Positions 24,325 to 36,309 of a stretch of 64,000 nucleotides of DNA are shown one piece after another. This DNA comes from Octopus sinensis (taxonomy: Eukaryota): positions 26,783,360 to 26,847,359 of the forward strand of contig NC_043019.1 in the NCBI RefSeq assembly GCF_006345805.1, in the 5' to 3' direction. The translations under genes and the position numbers were made by a program. Numbering within the stretch: position 1 is the stretch's first letter; the number at the start of each line of letters is the position of its first letter. The notes beneath the pieces are model-generated. The model saw nothing but the letters and a program-made list of their open reading frames with translations, had not been told where the DNA came from and ran no database searches.

Positions 24325-27300
24325 ATGTGTGTGTGTGTTTTGTATGTGTGTGTGTGTTGTTTTGTATGTGTGTGTGTGTTGTTTTGTATGTGTGTGGTTT
24401 GTATGTGTGTGTGTTTTGTATGTGTTGTGTTTTGTGTGTGTGTGTGTTTTGTATGTGTGTTGTGTTTTGATGTGTGTGTGTTTTGTATGTGTGTTGTGTT
24501 TTGTATGTGTGTGGTTTGTATGTGTGTGTTTTGTATGTGTGTGTGTTTTGTATGGTGTGTGTTTTGTATGTGGTGTGTGTTTTGTATGTGTGTGTGTTTT
24601 GTATGTGTGTTGTGTTTTGTATGTGTGTTGTGTTTTGTATGTGTGTTGTTTTGTATGTGTGTGTGTTTTGTATGTGTGTTGTGTTTTGTATGTGTGTGTG
24701 GTTTGTATGTGTGTTGTGTTTTGTATGTGTGTTGTGTTTTGTATGTGTGTGTGTGTTTTGTATGTGTGTGTGTTTTGTATGTGTGTGTGTTTTGTATGTG
24801 TGTGTGTTTTGTATGTGTGTGGTTTGTATGTGTGTGTGTTTTGTATGTGTTGTGTTTTGTTATGTGTGTGTGTTTTGTATGTGTGTGTGTTTTGTATGTG
24901 TGTGTGTGTTTTGTATGTGTGTTGTTTTGTATGTGTGGTGTGTTTTTGTATGTGTGTGTGTGTTGTATGTGGTGTGTTTTTGTATGTGTGTGTGTTTTGT
25001 ATGTGTGTTGTGTTTTGTATGGTGTGTGTTTTGTATGTGTGTGTGTTTTTATGTGTGTGTGTTTTGTATGTGTGTGTGTTGTATGTGTGTGTGTTTTGTA
25101 TGGTGTGTGTTTTGTATGTGTGTGTGTTTTGTATGTGTGTGTGTTTTGTATGTGTGTGTGTTTTGTATGTTGTGTGTGTTTTGTATGTGTGTGGTTTGTA
25201 TGTGTGTGTGTTTTGTATGTGTGTGTGTTTTGTATGTGTGTGTGTTTGTATTGTGTGTGTGTTTTGTATGTGTGTGTGTTTTGTATGTGTGTGTGTTTTG
25301 TATGTGTGTGTGTTTTGTATGTGTGTGTGTTTTGTATGTGTGTGTGTTTTGTATGTGTGTGTGTTTTGTATGTGTGTGTGTTTTGTATGTGTGTGTGTTT
25401 TGTATGTGTGTGGTTTTGTATGTGTGTGTTGTTTTGTATGTGTGTGTGTTTTGTATGTGTGTGGTTTGTATGTGTGTGTTGTGTTTTGTATGTGTGTGTG
25501 TTTTGTATGTGGTGTGTTTTTGTATGTGTGTGTGTTTTGTATGTGTGTGTTGTGTTTTGTATGTGTGTGTGTTTTGTATGTGTGTGTGTTTTGTATGTGT
25601 GTGGTTTTGTATGTGTGTTGTGTTTTGTATGTGTGTGTGTTTTGTATGGTGTGTGTTTTGTATGTGTGTGTGTTTTGTATGTGTGTGTTGTGTTTTGTAT
25701 GTGTTGTGTTTTGTATGTGGTGTGTGTTTTGTTGTGTGTGTTTGTATTGTGTGTGTTTTGTATGTGTGGTGTTTTGTATGTGTGTGTGTTTTGTATGTGT
25801 GTGGTTTTGTATGTGTGTGGTTTGTATGTGTGTGTGTTTTGTATGTGTGTGTGTGTTTTGTATGTGTGTGTGTTGTATGTGTGTGTTTGGTATGTGTGTG
25901 TGTTTTGTATGTGTGTGTGTTTTGTATGTGTGTGTGTTTTGTATGTGTGTGTGTTTTGTATGTGTGTGTGTTTTGTATGTGTGTTGTGTTTTGTATGTGT
26001 GTGTGTTTTGTATGTGTGTGTGTTTTGTATGTGTGTGTGTTTTGTATGTGTGTGTGTTTTGTATGTGTGTTGTGTTTTGTATGTGTGTGTGTTTTGTATG
26101 TGTGTGTGTTTTGTATGTGTGTGTGTTTTGTATGTGTGTGTGTTTTGTATGTGTGTGTGTTTTGTATGTGTGTGTGTTTTGTATGTGTGTTGTGTTTTGT
26201 ATGTGTGTGGTTTGTATGTGTGTTGTGTTTTGTATGTGTGTGTGTTTTGTATGTGTGTGTGTTTTGTATGTGTGTTGTGTTTTGTATGTGTGTTGTGTTT
26301 TGTATGTGTGTGTGTTTTGTATGTGTGTTGTGTTTTGTATGTGTGTGTGTTTTGTATGTGTGTGTGTTTTGTATGTGTGTTGTGTTTTGTATGTGTGTGT
26401 TGTTTTGTATGGTGTGTGTGTTTTGTATGTGTGTGTGGTTTGTATGTGTGTGGTGTTTTGTATGTGTGTGTGTTTTGTATGTGGTGTGTGTTTTGTAGGT
26501 GTGTTGTGTTTTGTATGTGGTGTGTGTTTTGTATGTGTGTGTTGTGTTTTGTATGTGTGTGTGTTTTGTGTGTGTGTGTTTTTATGTGTGTGTGTTTTGT
26601 ATGTGTGTGGTGTTTTGTATGTGTGTGGTTTGTATGTGTGTGTTGTGTTTTGTATGTGTGTGTGTTTTGTATGTGTGTGTTTTGTATGTGTGTGTGTTTT
26701 GTATGTGTGTGTGTTTTGTATGTGTGTGTGTTTTGTTTTGTATGTGTGGTGTTTTGTATGTGTGTGTGTTTTGTATGGTGTGTGTGTTTTGTATGTGTGT
26801 GTGTTTTGTATGTGTGTGTGTGTTTTGTATGTGTGTGTGTGTTTTGTATGTGTGTGTGTTTTGTATGTGTGTGTGTTTTGTATGTGTGTGTGTTGTATGT
26901 GTGTGTGTTTTGTATGTGTGTGTTGTGTTTTGTATGTGTGTGTGTGTTTTGTATGTGTGTGTGTGTGTGTTTTGTATGTGTATGTTTTGTATGTGTGTGT
27001 GTTTTGTATGTGTGTGTGTTTTGTATGTGTGTGTGTTTTGTATGTGTGTGTGTTTTGTATGTGTGTGTGTTTTGTATGTGTGTGTGTTTTGTATGTGTGT
27101 GTGTTTTGTATGTGTGTGTGTTTTGTATGTGTGTGTGTTTTGTATGTGTGTGTGTGTGTTTTGTATGTGTGTGTGTTTTGTATGTGTGTGTGTTTTGTAT
27201 GTGTGTGTGTTTTGTATGTGTGTGTGTTTTGTATGTGTGTGTGTTTTGTATGTGTGTGTGTTTTGTATGTGTGTGTGTTTTGTGTGTGTGTTTTTGTATG

Positions 27301-28095
27301 TGTGTTGTGTTTTGTATGTTGTGTGTTTTGTATGTGTGTGTGTTTTGTATGTGTGTGTGTTTTGTAGTGTGTGTGTTTTGTATGGTGTGTGTTTTGTATG
27401 TGGTGTGTGTTTTGTATGTGTGTTGTGTTTTGTTATGTGTGTGTGTTTTGATGTGTGTGTGTTTTGTATGTGTGTGGTTTTGTATGTGTGTGTGTTTTGT
27501 ATGTTGTGTGTTTTGTATGTGTGTGTGTTTTGTATGTGTGTGTGTTTTGTATGTGTGTGTGTTGTATGTGTGTGGTTTTGTAGTGTGTGTGTTTTGTATG
27601 TGTGTGTGTTTTGTATGTGTGTTGTGTTTTGTATGTTGTGTGTTTTGTATGTGTGTGTGTTTTGTATGTGTGGTGTTTTGTATGTGTGTGTGGTTTGTAT
27701 GTGTGTTGTTTTGTATGTGTTGTGTTTTGTATGTGTGTGTGTTTTGTATGTGTGTGTTGTTTTGTATGTGTGTGTTTTGTATGGTGTGTGTTTTGTATGT
27801 GTGTGGTTTGTATGTGTGTGTTTTGTATGTGTGTGTGTTTTGTATGTGTGTTGTGTTTTGTATGTGTTGTGTTTTGTATGTGTGTGGTTTGTATGTGTGT
27901 GTGTTTTGTGCATGTGTGTGTGTGTTTTGTATGTGTGTGTGTGTTTTGTATGTGTGTGTGTTTTGTATGTGTGTGTGTTTTGTATGTGTGGTGTGTTTTT
28001 GTATGTGGTGTGTGTTTTGTATGTGTGTGGTGTTTTGTATGTGTGTGTGTTGTGTTTTGTGTGTGTGTGTGTGCGTGTGTGTGCGTGTGTGTGAG
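24325..28095. repeat. Tandem array of about 3.8 kb with a ~17-bp unit (TTTTGTATGTGTGTGTG)n
   Basis: Directly visible; roughly 220 units with length variants. Confidence 0.97.
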
Positions 28096-28139
28096 TGTTG
28101 TTGTATATATGTGTATCTGTGCGTGTTCGTGTTCATGTG

Positions 28140-28182
<43 letters not shown>

Positions 28183-28894
28183 ATATATATATATAATTAG
28201 CACATCCAGTTTAATTGTTATTTTGAATGTTGCAGGCTGCTGTAATTGTCCTGAGAAGTCATTATGTGTAAAGACGTTAAGTACAATAAAAAGCACAGAT
28301 TATAGAGGCTGATGAAAATTTTGTCAGCACTGGTAGATGGGTCTGTTGTATCACATGCTTTCAGCATAATTTGTACATCGTCAGCAGCAGATACTTAAGC
28401 ACTGAAGGCCAGATCAAAAATTCATTTAACTGACTTAGTTTAACAATGACTAAACAGAAAGTGATGTCACTGAAATGAAAGCAGACTTTGTAGCAAATGT
28501 TAATTAGCACATCTAATTTTACCTGGACGTGTTGTTTAGAATGTTCTAGTCTGCACTAATCATCTTAAGAAATCATCAGCTGAAGTCGATGACCAGCACC
28601 GAAGGGAGATAATCCCCATTGTTTATATCTGTATCATTTTCCCCTCCATATTTTAAAGAGGCCATAGGCTATCAAGTCTTATGGTCAGAAGATATGCCAT
28701 AAAGGTACCCTTTATGGCAAGATACCCAGGGTGACCCTATAAACCCTTCACCAGTAATAGACTGCTCTACTTCTTAGAGTGTGCTTCTTCTCTGGATTTA
28801 TGTTTATTTAATAATAATAATAATAATATTAATAATAATAATAATGATAATAATAATAATAATAGTAATAATATATATTTTTTTTTTCTCTCCT

Positions 28895-29395
28895 TGTTTT
28901 TTCTGTGTCCCTTTCTGTAGAAGAGCCAAGGCTCAAAACGTAAGAGACTTTTTCTATTCCTGAGCGTTATACTAATACATCTGTTTGTTTTGTACACCAC
29001 TTGTCTTTGTCTTTTGTTTTTTTCGTAAACTCTCCCTATATATATATATATATGTGTGTGTGTAGGAAGGGCATCCAGCTGTAGAAACACTGCCAGATCT
29101 GACTGGCCTGGTGCAGCCTTCGGGCTTGCCAGACCCCAGTTGAACCGTCCAACCCATGCTAGCATGGAAAGCGGACGTTAAACGATGATGATGATGATGA
29201 TGATGATATATATGTATATATATGTATATATATATATATAACGGGAAGCTTTATGAAAATAAACAAAAGACGAAGGCAGGTGGAATACAAACAAACAATT
29301 GTCTTAGTATGGCGCTCAGGAATATAAATAAAACAAGTGTTTTACGTTTCGAGCCTACGCTCTTCAACAGAAAGATACACAGAAAAGAAACACGG
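28895..29395. mobile_element. Tail-to-tail inverted pair of a second hammerhead-like repeat, with a family-D fragment in the central (TA)n
   Basis: About 28895-29040 (+) aligns with the reverse complement of about 29241-29395. Confidence 0.65.
29337..29380 (-). ncRNA. Hammerhead-like fold with U6 core variant
   Basis: UUU-CUGUUGA-A-GAGC-guag-GCUC-GAA-ACGU-A-AAA; an inverted sister copy lies at 28907-28948 (+). Confidence 0.45.
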
Positions 29396-29470
29396 AGAGA
29401 AACAAGGAGAGAAAAAAAATGCGTGCAGAAGCTAGCGAATCAACATGGCGATGATATAAATATATATATA

Positions 29471-29518
<48 letters not shown>

Positions 29519-29807
29519 GTATATATGTATGTATGTATATATATATATAGACTGTACAGGTGCACAGTGTGCCACATGTCAGGTGTTGAAGTGATTGCAG
29601 AGTATTGTGAAAGAAAGTGGCTTTTTCTTTTTTAGAATACAACACACTGCCTGGTCTGGGAAGTGAAACTAAGATCCTGCAATTGTGAGTGCAACATCCT
29701 TACCACAAGGCCACGTACCTTCACATAACTTTGTATATGATTGCGCATATAATGTTTCATATGATTTTTTTTTTATGCCAATGGAATATTCTGGTTTGTT
29801 ATTTCAG

Positions 29808-29934
29808 AGACAGAAGAGGAAAGGTCAGCCGCCATCAGCTGAGGAACTGCAATCATGCTTGGTGAATGAACCACCAGGTTCCCCTGACCTATCCATTCTA
29901 TCTTTCAGGAACTCTTTCCATGGCAGAACAATGG
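29808..29934 (+). CDS. ABAT: ABAT coding exon 6
   Basis: tttcag and G|gtaag; 127 nt; RQKRKGQPPSAEELQSCLVNEPPGSPDLSILSFRNSFHGRTMG, with the FHGRT motif. Confidence 0.97.
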
Positions 29935-29992
29935 GTAAGTAATAGCAGCAGGTAAAGCATTTCCAGAAGGATGCAACTGGTGGAGAAGAATA

Positions 29993-30226
29993 AGGCGGCG
30001 AGCTGGCAGAAGCGTTAGCACGCTGGGCGAAATGGTTTGCGGTATTTCGTCTGCCGTTATGTTGTGAGTTCAAATTCCGCCGAGCTCGACTTTGCCTTTC
30101 ATCCTTTCGGGGTCGATAAATTAAGCACCAGTTACGCACTGGGGTCGATGTAATCGACTTAATACCTATGTCTGTCCTTGTTTGTCCCCTCTATGTATAG
30201 CCCCTTGTGGGTAATAAAGAAATAGG
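29993..30226 (+). mobile_element. tRNA-derived SINE family B, full length
   Basis: A-box TGGCAGAAGCGTTAG, B-box GAGTTCAAATTCC; many copies (6660-7040, 19980-20190, 32480-32700, 57300-58080). Confidence 0.85.
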
Positions 30227-30465
30227 AGAAGAACAGAGCAAAGAAGTTTCTGAGGCCATTTTATTTTATCTATTTATTTATTCATGATAGGGCACCGAAG
30301 AGATTAGAAACAGAGATAAGAGATAAAGGCATGGATACATTCTTTGTTCAGGTTCTTTTTACCGATATTCTATGGAACTTAGAGCCAGCACTCATTTTTG
30401 CTACAATGTTTCGTATCAGGACGTCAGATGTAAAGAGACAATGCGATCGAAGACAAAAGTGGGTA

Positions 30466-30517
30466 ATGAGTGTATATGCCATATTTCGGGGTTTGTTGCC
30501 CCTTCTTCAGCACTCAT
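30466..30517 (-). ncRNA. Minimal type I hammerhead ribozyme candidate, canonical core
   Basis: Minus strand AUGAGUG-CUGAAGA-A-GGGG-caacaaa-CCCC-GAA-AUAUG-g-CAUAU-A-CACUCAU: 7-bp stem I, 4-bp stem II, near-palindromic stem III, AUA cleavage triplet. Confidence 0.8.
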
Positions 30518-30639
30518 CTAACCCATACTCACCTCTGAACACATTGCTTATACACCCACCACATACAGTGGTGTTAAGTTACTGGATATACCAATTTACA
30601 CATTAGACACCCTCATGGGGCTGATATGTAAACATTACT

Positions 30640-30882
30640 CTACCTGCGACGATTTCATCTCAATCGAAGGAGAGGGGCTTTCTCCGTCCGGGTTGCGGAT
30701 CCGTGGAATAAGCTGCCAGACAAGATGGTGAAGATGCCGACGACTGCTCGGTTCAAAGTCTCCCTTGACCTCAAGTGGCTTGAACTCTTTACATGAACAC
30801 CACCCTGTACATAACTCCATGTCCCCCTACATGGCCTTGCTTTTTGCTTTTTGAGCCAAAAAATTAACTAACTAACTAATTA
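30640..30882 (+). mobile_element. CR1-like LINE 3' fragment, second family
   Basis: YLRRFHLNRRRGAFSVRVADPWNKLPDKMVKMPTTARFKVSLDLKWLELFT*; (TAAC)n tail. Confidence 0.7.
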
Positions 30883-31564
30883 CATGGCCCCAGAAATCTC
30901 CTTTTCTCTGTTCCTCTACAAATCTTTAATATTCTTTATTAAATATTTTCCCTTTATCTTTCATATTGAGACACGTATACCTATACCATGCATGTACCCA
31001 CGATATTTATGTGCCCATGCCATACAAATACCCACACTAGGCATGTACCCACATTAACATATACACATATTGAAGCTTGCTTCCCAACCACATGGTTCTG
31101 GTTTCAGTTCCACCGCATGGCACCTTGGGCAAGTGTCTTCTACTATAGCCCTGGTCTGACTAAAGCCTTGTGAGTGGATTTGGTAGATGGAAACTGAAAG
31201 AAGCCCATCGTATATATACACCTTCTCCTCAACTTACAACCTATTTTACTGCACTTATGACCACATAAAATATAAAATAAAAAAAAAAGTTGCATGTATG
31301 ATAACTATGGCCACATCTGGCAATGCAGGCCCCTCCCCTCAAAATCAGGCATCCACTGCATGCCACTGTCTCTCTCTTAGTTGCTTTCAAGCATCAGTTG
31401 TGTTTGAGCGAAAATAATGTTGAAAAATATGTGACAAACGACCAGATTGACTTACGACCTGGCTGTAAGTCGCAGAGAAGGTGTGTATGTATGCGCATCT
31501 GTGTGTGTGTGTCTTTGTGCCTATGTTTGTGCCCCCGTTGCCACTTGACAACTGGTGTTGGTGT

Positions 31565-31963
31565 TTACTCATTTACTCATTTACTTGTTTCAGTCATTTG
31601 ACTGTGGCCATGCTGGAGCACTGCCTTTAGTCGAGGAAATCGACCCCAGGACTTATTCTTTGTAAGCCTAGTACTTATTCTATCGGTCTCTTTTGCCGAA
31701 CCGCTAAGTTACGGGGATGTAAACACACCAGCATTGGTTGTCAAGCGATGTTGGAGGGGACAAACACAACACACAAACATACACATATATATATATATAT
31801 ACGACGGGCTTCTTTCAGTTTCCATCTACCAAATCCACTCACAAGGGCATTGGTCGGCCCGAGGCTATAGTAGAAGACACTTGCCCAAGGTGCCACACAG
31901 TGGGACTGAACCCAGAACAATGTGGTTGGTAAACAAGCTACTTACCACACAGCCACTCCTGTG
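31565..31963 (-). mobile_element. SINE family A
   Basis: Full reverse copy. Confidence 0.8.
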
Positions 31964-32224
31964 TTTGCATCCTCTGTAACTTAGCAGTTTGGCAAAACAG
32001 ATTGATAAAATAAGTACTGAGCTTAAAAAAGAAGTACTGGGATCAATTTATATTCGACTAAAAATTCAAGGCAGTGCCCCAGCATGGCCACAGTCTAATA
32101 ACTGAAACAAGTGAAAGACAGAAGATCTACAGTATTCATGTAGTCATTTCAACATGTATCTATTCTAACACGTACCCACACATCCACCCATACATATTAA
32201 CCCACCCTCTGTTCTTCTTTACAG

Positions 32225-32373
32225 GGGCTCTAGCTATCACACACGCCAAATGGTTCCACAAGCTGGATTTTCCCCAGCCTCGCTGGCCTGTAGCATCATT
32301 CCCTTATCTGAGGTACCCCTTGGAGGAGAACCAGAGGGAAAATCGAATTGAAGAGGACAGATGTTTAGCCGAG
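32225..32373 (+). CDS. ABAT: ABAT coding exon 7
   Basis: tacag and GAG|gtagg; 149 nt; GALAITHAKWFHKLDFPQPRWPVASFPYLRYPLEENQRENRIEEDRCLAE. Confidence 0.97.
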
Positions 32374-32816
32374 GTAGGTAACATGGGGTGGAAACGGGGT
32401 GGATTGCTGCTTATGGGTTATTTTCTATTTTAGTGTTCTGTATTTATGAGATGAGGAATTAGCATTATGCATCAGTTGAAGGCGGCAGTGAGCTGGCAGC
32501 ATCATTAGCATGTTGGGCAAAATGCTTTGTGGCATTCCATCTGTCTTTTATGTTCTGAGTTCAAATTCCACTGAGGTTTCCTTTGCTTTTTATCCTTTCA
32601 GGCTTGATAAAATAAATACCAGTAAAACACTGGGGTCAATGTAATCTACTTAACCCCCTTCCTTGAAATTTCTGGCCTTGTGCCCCAAATTTCAAAGTAA
32701 TATTTAAGTATTAGTTGGACTGGTGTCTTCATCTCAATTGCTGCTTTCACTGCATTTCAGCCGGTGTATGCTCCAGACATCTTCAGGTGCTGTCCAGTTC
32801 GTCTTAGTGTCTTGCA

Positions 32817-33326
32817 GATTTATCTTAACTAAATCTTAACATCTCGACCTATAAATATATCTTGACTAAGTATTAACATATCCACCTGAAGATGTATCTT
32901 AACTAAATGTTAATATGCTCACTGAATGGTATATCTTGAGTATTAGCATGTCCACCTAGTGACAGATCTTAACTAAATCATAACATGTCCACTTAAAACT
33001 ATATTTTAAATCAATCTTAACATCATGACCTAAAGATCTATCTTAGGTAAATCATAACATCCAGACTTAAAGATGCATCTTAACTAAACGGTAACATGCC
33101 CACCAACTAAAGATTTATCTTAACTAAAGCTTAATATATCCTGACCGAAAGATCTATCTTAACTAAATCTTAACTTGTCCACCTAAAGATAAGTCTCAAC
33201 TACCTCCTAACATGCTCGCCTAAAGATAGGTCTTATATGAATCTTAATATGCCCACCTGAAGTCAAATCTTAAATCTTAGTATCACGGCCTAAAGATATA
33301 TCTTAACTAAATCATAACATGTCCAC
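32817..33326. repeat. Diverged minisatellite, ~37-bp unit, about 13-14 units
   Basis: Consensus CTAAAGATATATCTTAACTAAATCTTAACATGTCCAC. Confidence 0.85.
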
Positions 33327-33380
33327 TGGAATACATGAATGTCTTTAATGAATGTAACCATATCTTCTGCCTACTCACAG

Positions 33381-33518
33381 GTCGAAGAACTGATAGAGAA
33401 GTACTCCAAGATGAAACAGCCTGTTGCCGGAATCTGTGTCGAACCAATCCAGGGTGAAGGGGGAGACAACCATGCTACACCATATTTTTTCCAAAATCTT
33501 CAGAAGATTTGCAAAAAG
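33381..33518 (+). CDS. ABAT: ABAT coding exon 8
   Basis: cacag and AAG|gtttg; 138 nt; [46 protein letters not shown]. Confidence 0.97.
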
Positions 33519-34423
33519 GTTTGTATCTTATTTTGTCTGAGACTAGGTCACAGCTGCAAACAAATCATGACGACGACAACGACGACGATGATGATGGTGG
33601 TGGTGGTGATTGTGGTGGTGGTGATGATGATGATGATATAACTGAGTAATTTAATATGTGTGTTTCAGGCTTGCATAATGTATAATAGGAAATGCATAAA
33701 TTACGTAAAATCTTCCTCAGTTAAATCATTTAAAAAATACGAATTGATGCAGGTACAAACTACTATTTATAGTTGTTCGGTCAAGTCCATTCTCACAAGG
33801 GGTGTTGTGAGTCTCGCCACAACAGAGCAATAATCTGATAGGAAGGTTTTTAATCCCAGGGATGAGAAACAGATGGGGTATATGGAAGGTTTAGCTAGGA
33901 GATGAGTGTGTCAGATAATAGATATGGCTTTTATTGAAGAAGTAGTGGTGGTCATTATGGAAGGGGAGGTATTTAAGTCACTGAATGTGGTTGCTTGTTA
34001 ATGATTGTGTCTATAGGTGCAGGCATGGCTGTATGGTAAGAAGTTGGCTTCTCAACCACATGGTTCCAGGTTCAGTTCCACTGCGTGGCACCTTGGGCAA
34101 GTGTCTTCCACCATAGCCTCAGGCCAACCAAAGCATTGTGAGTGAATTTGGTAGACGGAAACTGAAAGAAGCCTATTGTATATGTGTGTGTGTGACTGTC
34201 TCCCCACCGTCACCGCTTGGCAACCCTCAATAATCCACTTGTGTGAATACTGTAACAACGATTAGGAGTAGTTTATTGTATTTAACGCAAGTTGAAAATT
34301 CTGGTACCTTGCACCACTTCTTACCATAATACAAAATAATATATATATATGCTTTGGGTGTGAATGGTTTTGTTATATGTATATATATTATATATATATA
34401 CATATACACACACACACACACAC

Positions 34424-34508
<85 letters not shown>

Positions 34509-34586
34509 ATATATAAATATATATATATATGCTTTGGGTGTGAATGGTTTTGTTATATGTATATATATATATATATATATACATAT

Positions 34587-34686
<100 letters not shown>

Positions 34687-34859
34687 ATATATATAATATA
34701 TATATATATATGTAATATGTATATACAGTAGTAAAAGAATCTTCATTGTATGATAATACCAGGTAGCCAGTATCTGTTGAAGAGCTTTGCATTGCATACT
34801 TTGAGGTTTTTTTCCAAAAATTTTATGTAACTACATACACACACACACATGCACACATG

Positions 34860-34893
<34 letters not shown>

Positions 34894-34933
34894 TGCACTC
34901 ATTGAAATGGTTTTTACTTTTTGTATTTTAAAG

Positions 34934-35101
34934 AACCATATCAGTCTGATGTTGGATGAAGTTCAAACTGGGTGTGGTGCCACAGGAAAGTTGTGGGCCC
35001 ATGAACATTTTGACCTCCCAGAACCACCAGATCTGGTCAGTTTCAGTAAGAAAATGCTGACCGGTGGCTTTTACTTCAGAAGTAACCAGATGCCACATGA
35101 G
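34934..35101 (+). CDS. ABAT: ABAT coding exon 9 (PLP-binding lysine)
   Basis: ttttaaag and GAG|gtaag; 168 nt; NHISLMLDEVQTGCGATGKLWAHEHFDLPEPPDLVSFSKKMLTGGFYFRSNQMPHE; DEVQTG and FSKK class-III aminotransferase motifs. Confidence 0.97.
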
Positions 35102-36309
35102 GTAAGAAAAAAAAATGACAACTTGTATTTATCATGTTTGTTTTTCTTTTTCACTTTTGTCAATGTTGTTATTGTTGTTGTTTGTCCCTGGTGAACTCTG
35201 GTTGAGGAAATTTATAATCAGAGGCACTCCAACCACGACCACCTTCTCTTTTTTGTTTTTTTTCACATAACTGATCTTCAACACTATCACCGGTCGTAAC
35301 CATCCGTTTTTCTCAAGACAACATGGTAAGATCTCACAAGGGGTGTTGTGAGTCTCGCTACAACAGGGTAACAATCTGATAGGAAGGTTAATAATCCCAG
35401 GGATGAGAGATGGATGAGATATGGCTTTTATTGAAAAAGTAGTGGTGGTCATTATGGAAGGGGAGGTATCTAAGTAATTGAATGTGGTTGTTTGTTAATG
35501 ATTGTCTCTATAGGTGCAGGCATAGCTGTGCGGTAAGAAACTTGCTTCTCAACCACATGGTTCCAGGTTCAGTCCCACTGCGTGGCACCTTGGGCAAGTG
35601 TCTTCTGCTATAACCTCAGGCTGACCAAAGCCTTGTGAGTAAATTTGGTAGACGGAAACTGAAAGAAGCCTGTTGAATATGTGTGTGTATGTGTGTATGT
35701 GTGTGTGTGTGTGTGTGTATGTGTGTGTGTATGTGTGTGTGTGTGTGTATGTGTGTGTGAGTGTGTGTATGTGTGTGTGTGTGTCTGTGTTTGTTCCCCT
35801 CCAACACTTGACGACCGGTGCTGGTGTGTTTACCTCCCCATGACTTAGCAGTCTAGCAAAAAGTGACTGATAGAATAAGTACTTGGCTTAGAAAGAATAA
35901 GTCCTGGGGTTGATTTGTTTAACTAAAAACTGTTCAAGTTTGTGCCCCAGCATGGTCGCAGCCTAATGACTGCAACAAATAAAAGGTAAAAGTAAAAAGA
36001 TAAATATCAGCTATGAGATGCTGAAGGGGGCAGCGACTGGCCAGTGGTTGGCTGTGTCTGAGGGGATGGTTTGTTTGAAGAGCTGACCTTGATGAGGGGC
36101 TGCTCTGACTGAGGGGCTACCTAGGATGTGAGGGTGCCTTGAAAGAGGGGTTGTCCTGGCCGAAAGGTTGATATGCCTGATGGGGTTGTCCTGGCTGAAG
36201 GGCTGTTCTTCTTGAAGATGGGATTCTAGTTTTCCAGGAGAGAAAGACTGAAGAGTGGGGCAAGAATAGCTGTGAGGGCCATGGAAGGAATTTTTGTCAG
36301 TGCTATATA

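Noticed and set aside
24271-28296. ORFs of 400-1300 aa (C/V-rich and H/T-rich)
   Set aside because: They are translations of the 17-mer satellite, which lacks stops; intronic and with no domain content.
28310-28405. C/D box snoRNA (TGATGA..CTGA)
   Set aside because: The C box lacks the leading purine, the terminal stem is weak, and no guide target could be recognised.
30400-30432. Second hammerhead near the 30466 motif (CUGACGU..GAAACAUU)
   Set aside because: A9 is missing and there is no stem II.
32817-33326. Tandem array of decayed hammerheads (one unit has CTGAAGA)
   Set aside because: Most units read CTAAAGA, there is no GAAA, and no stem I adjacent to the core.
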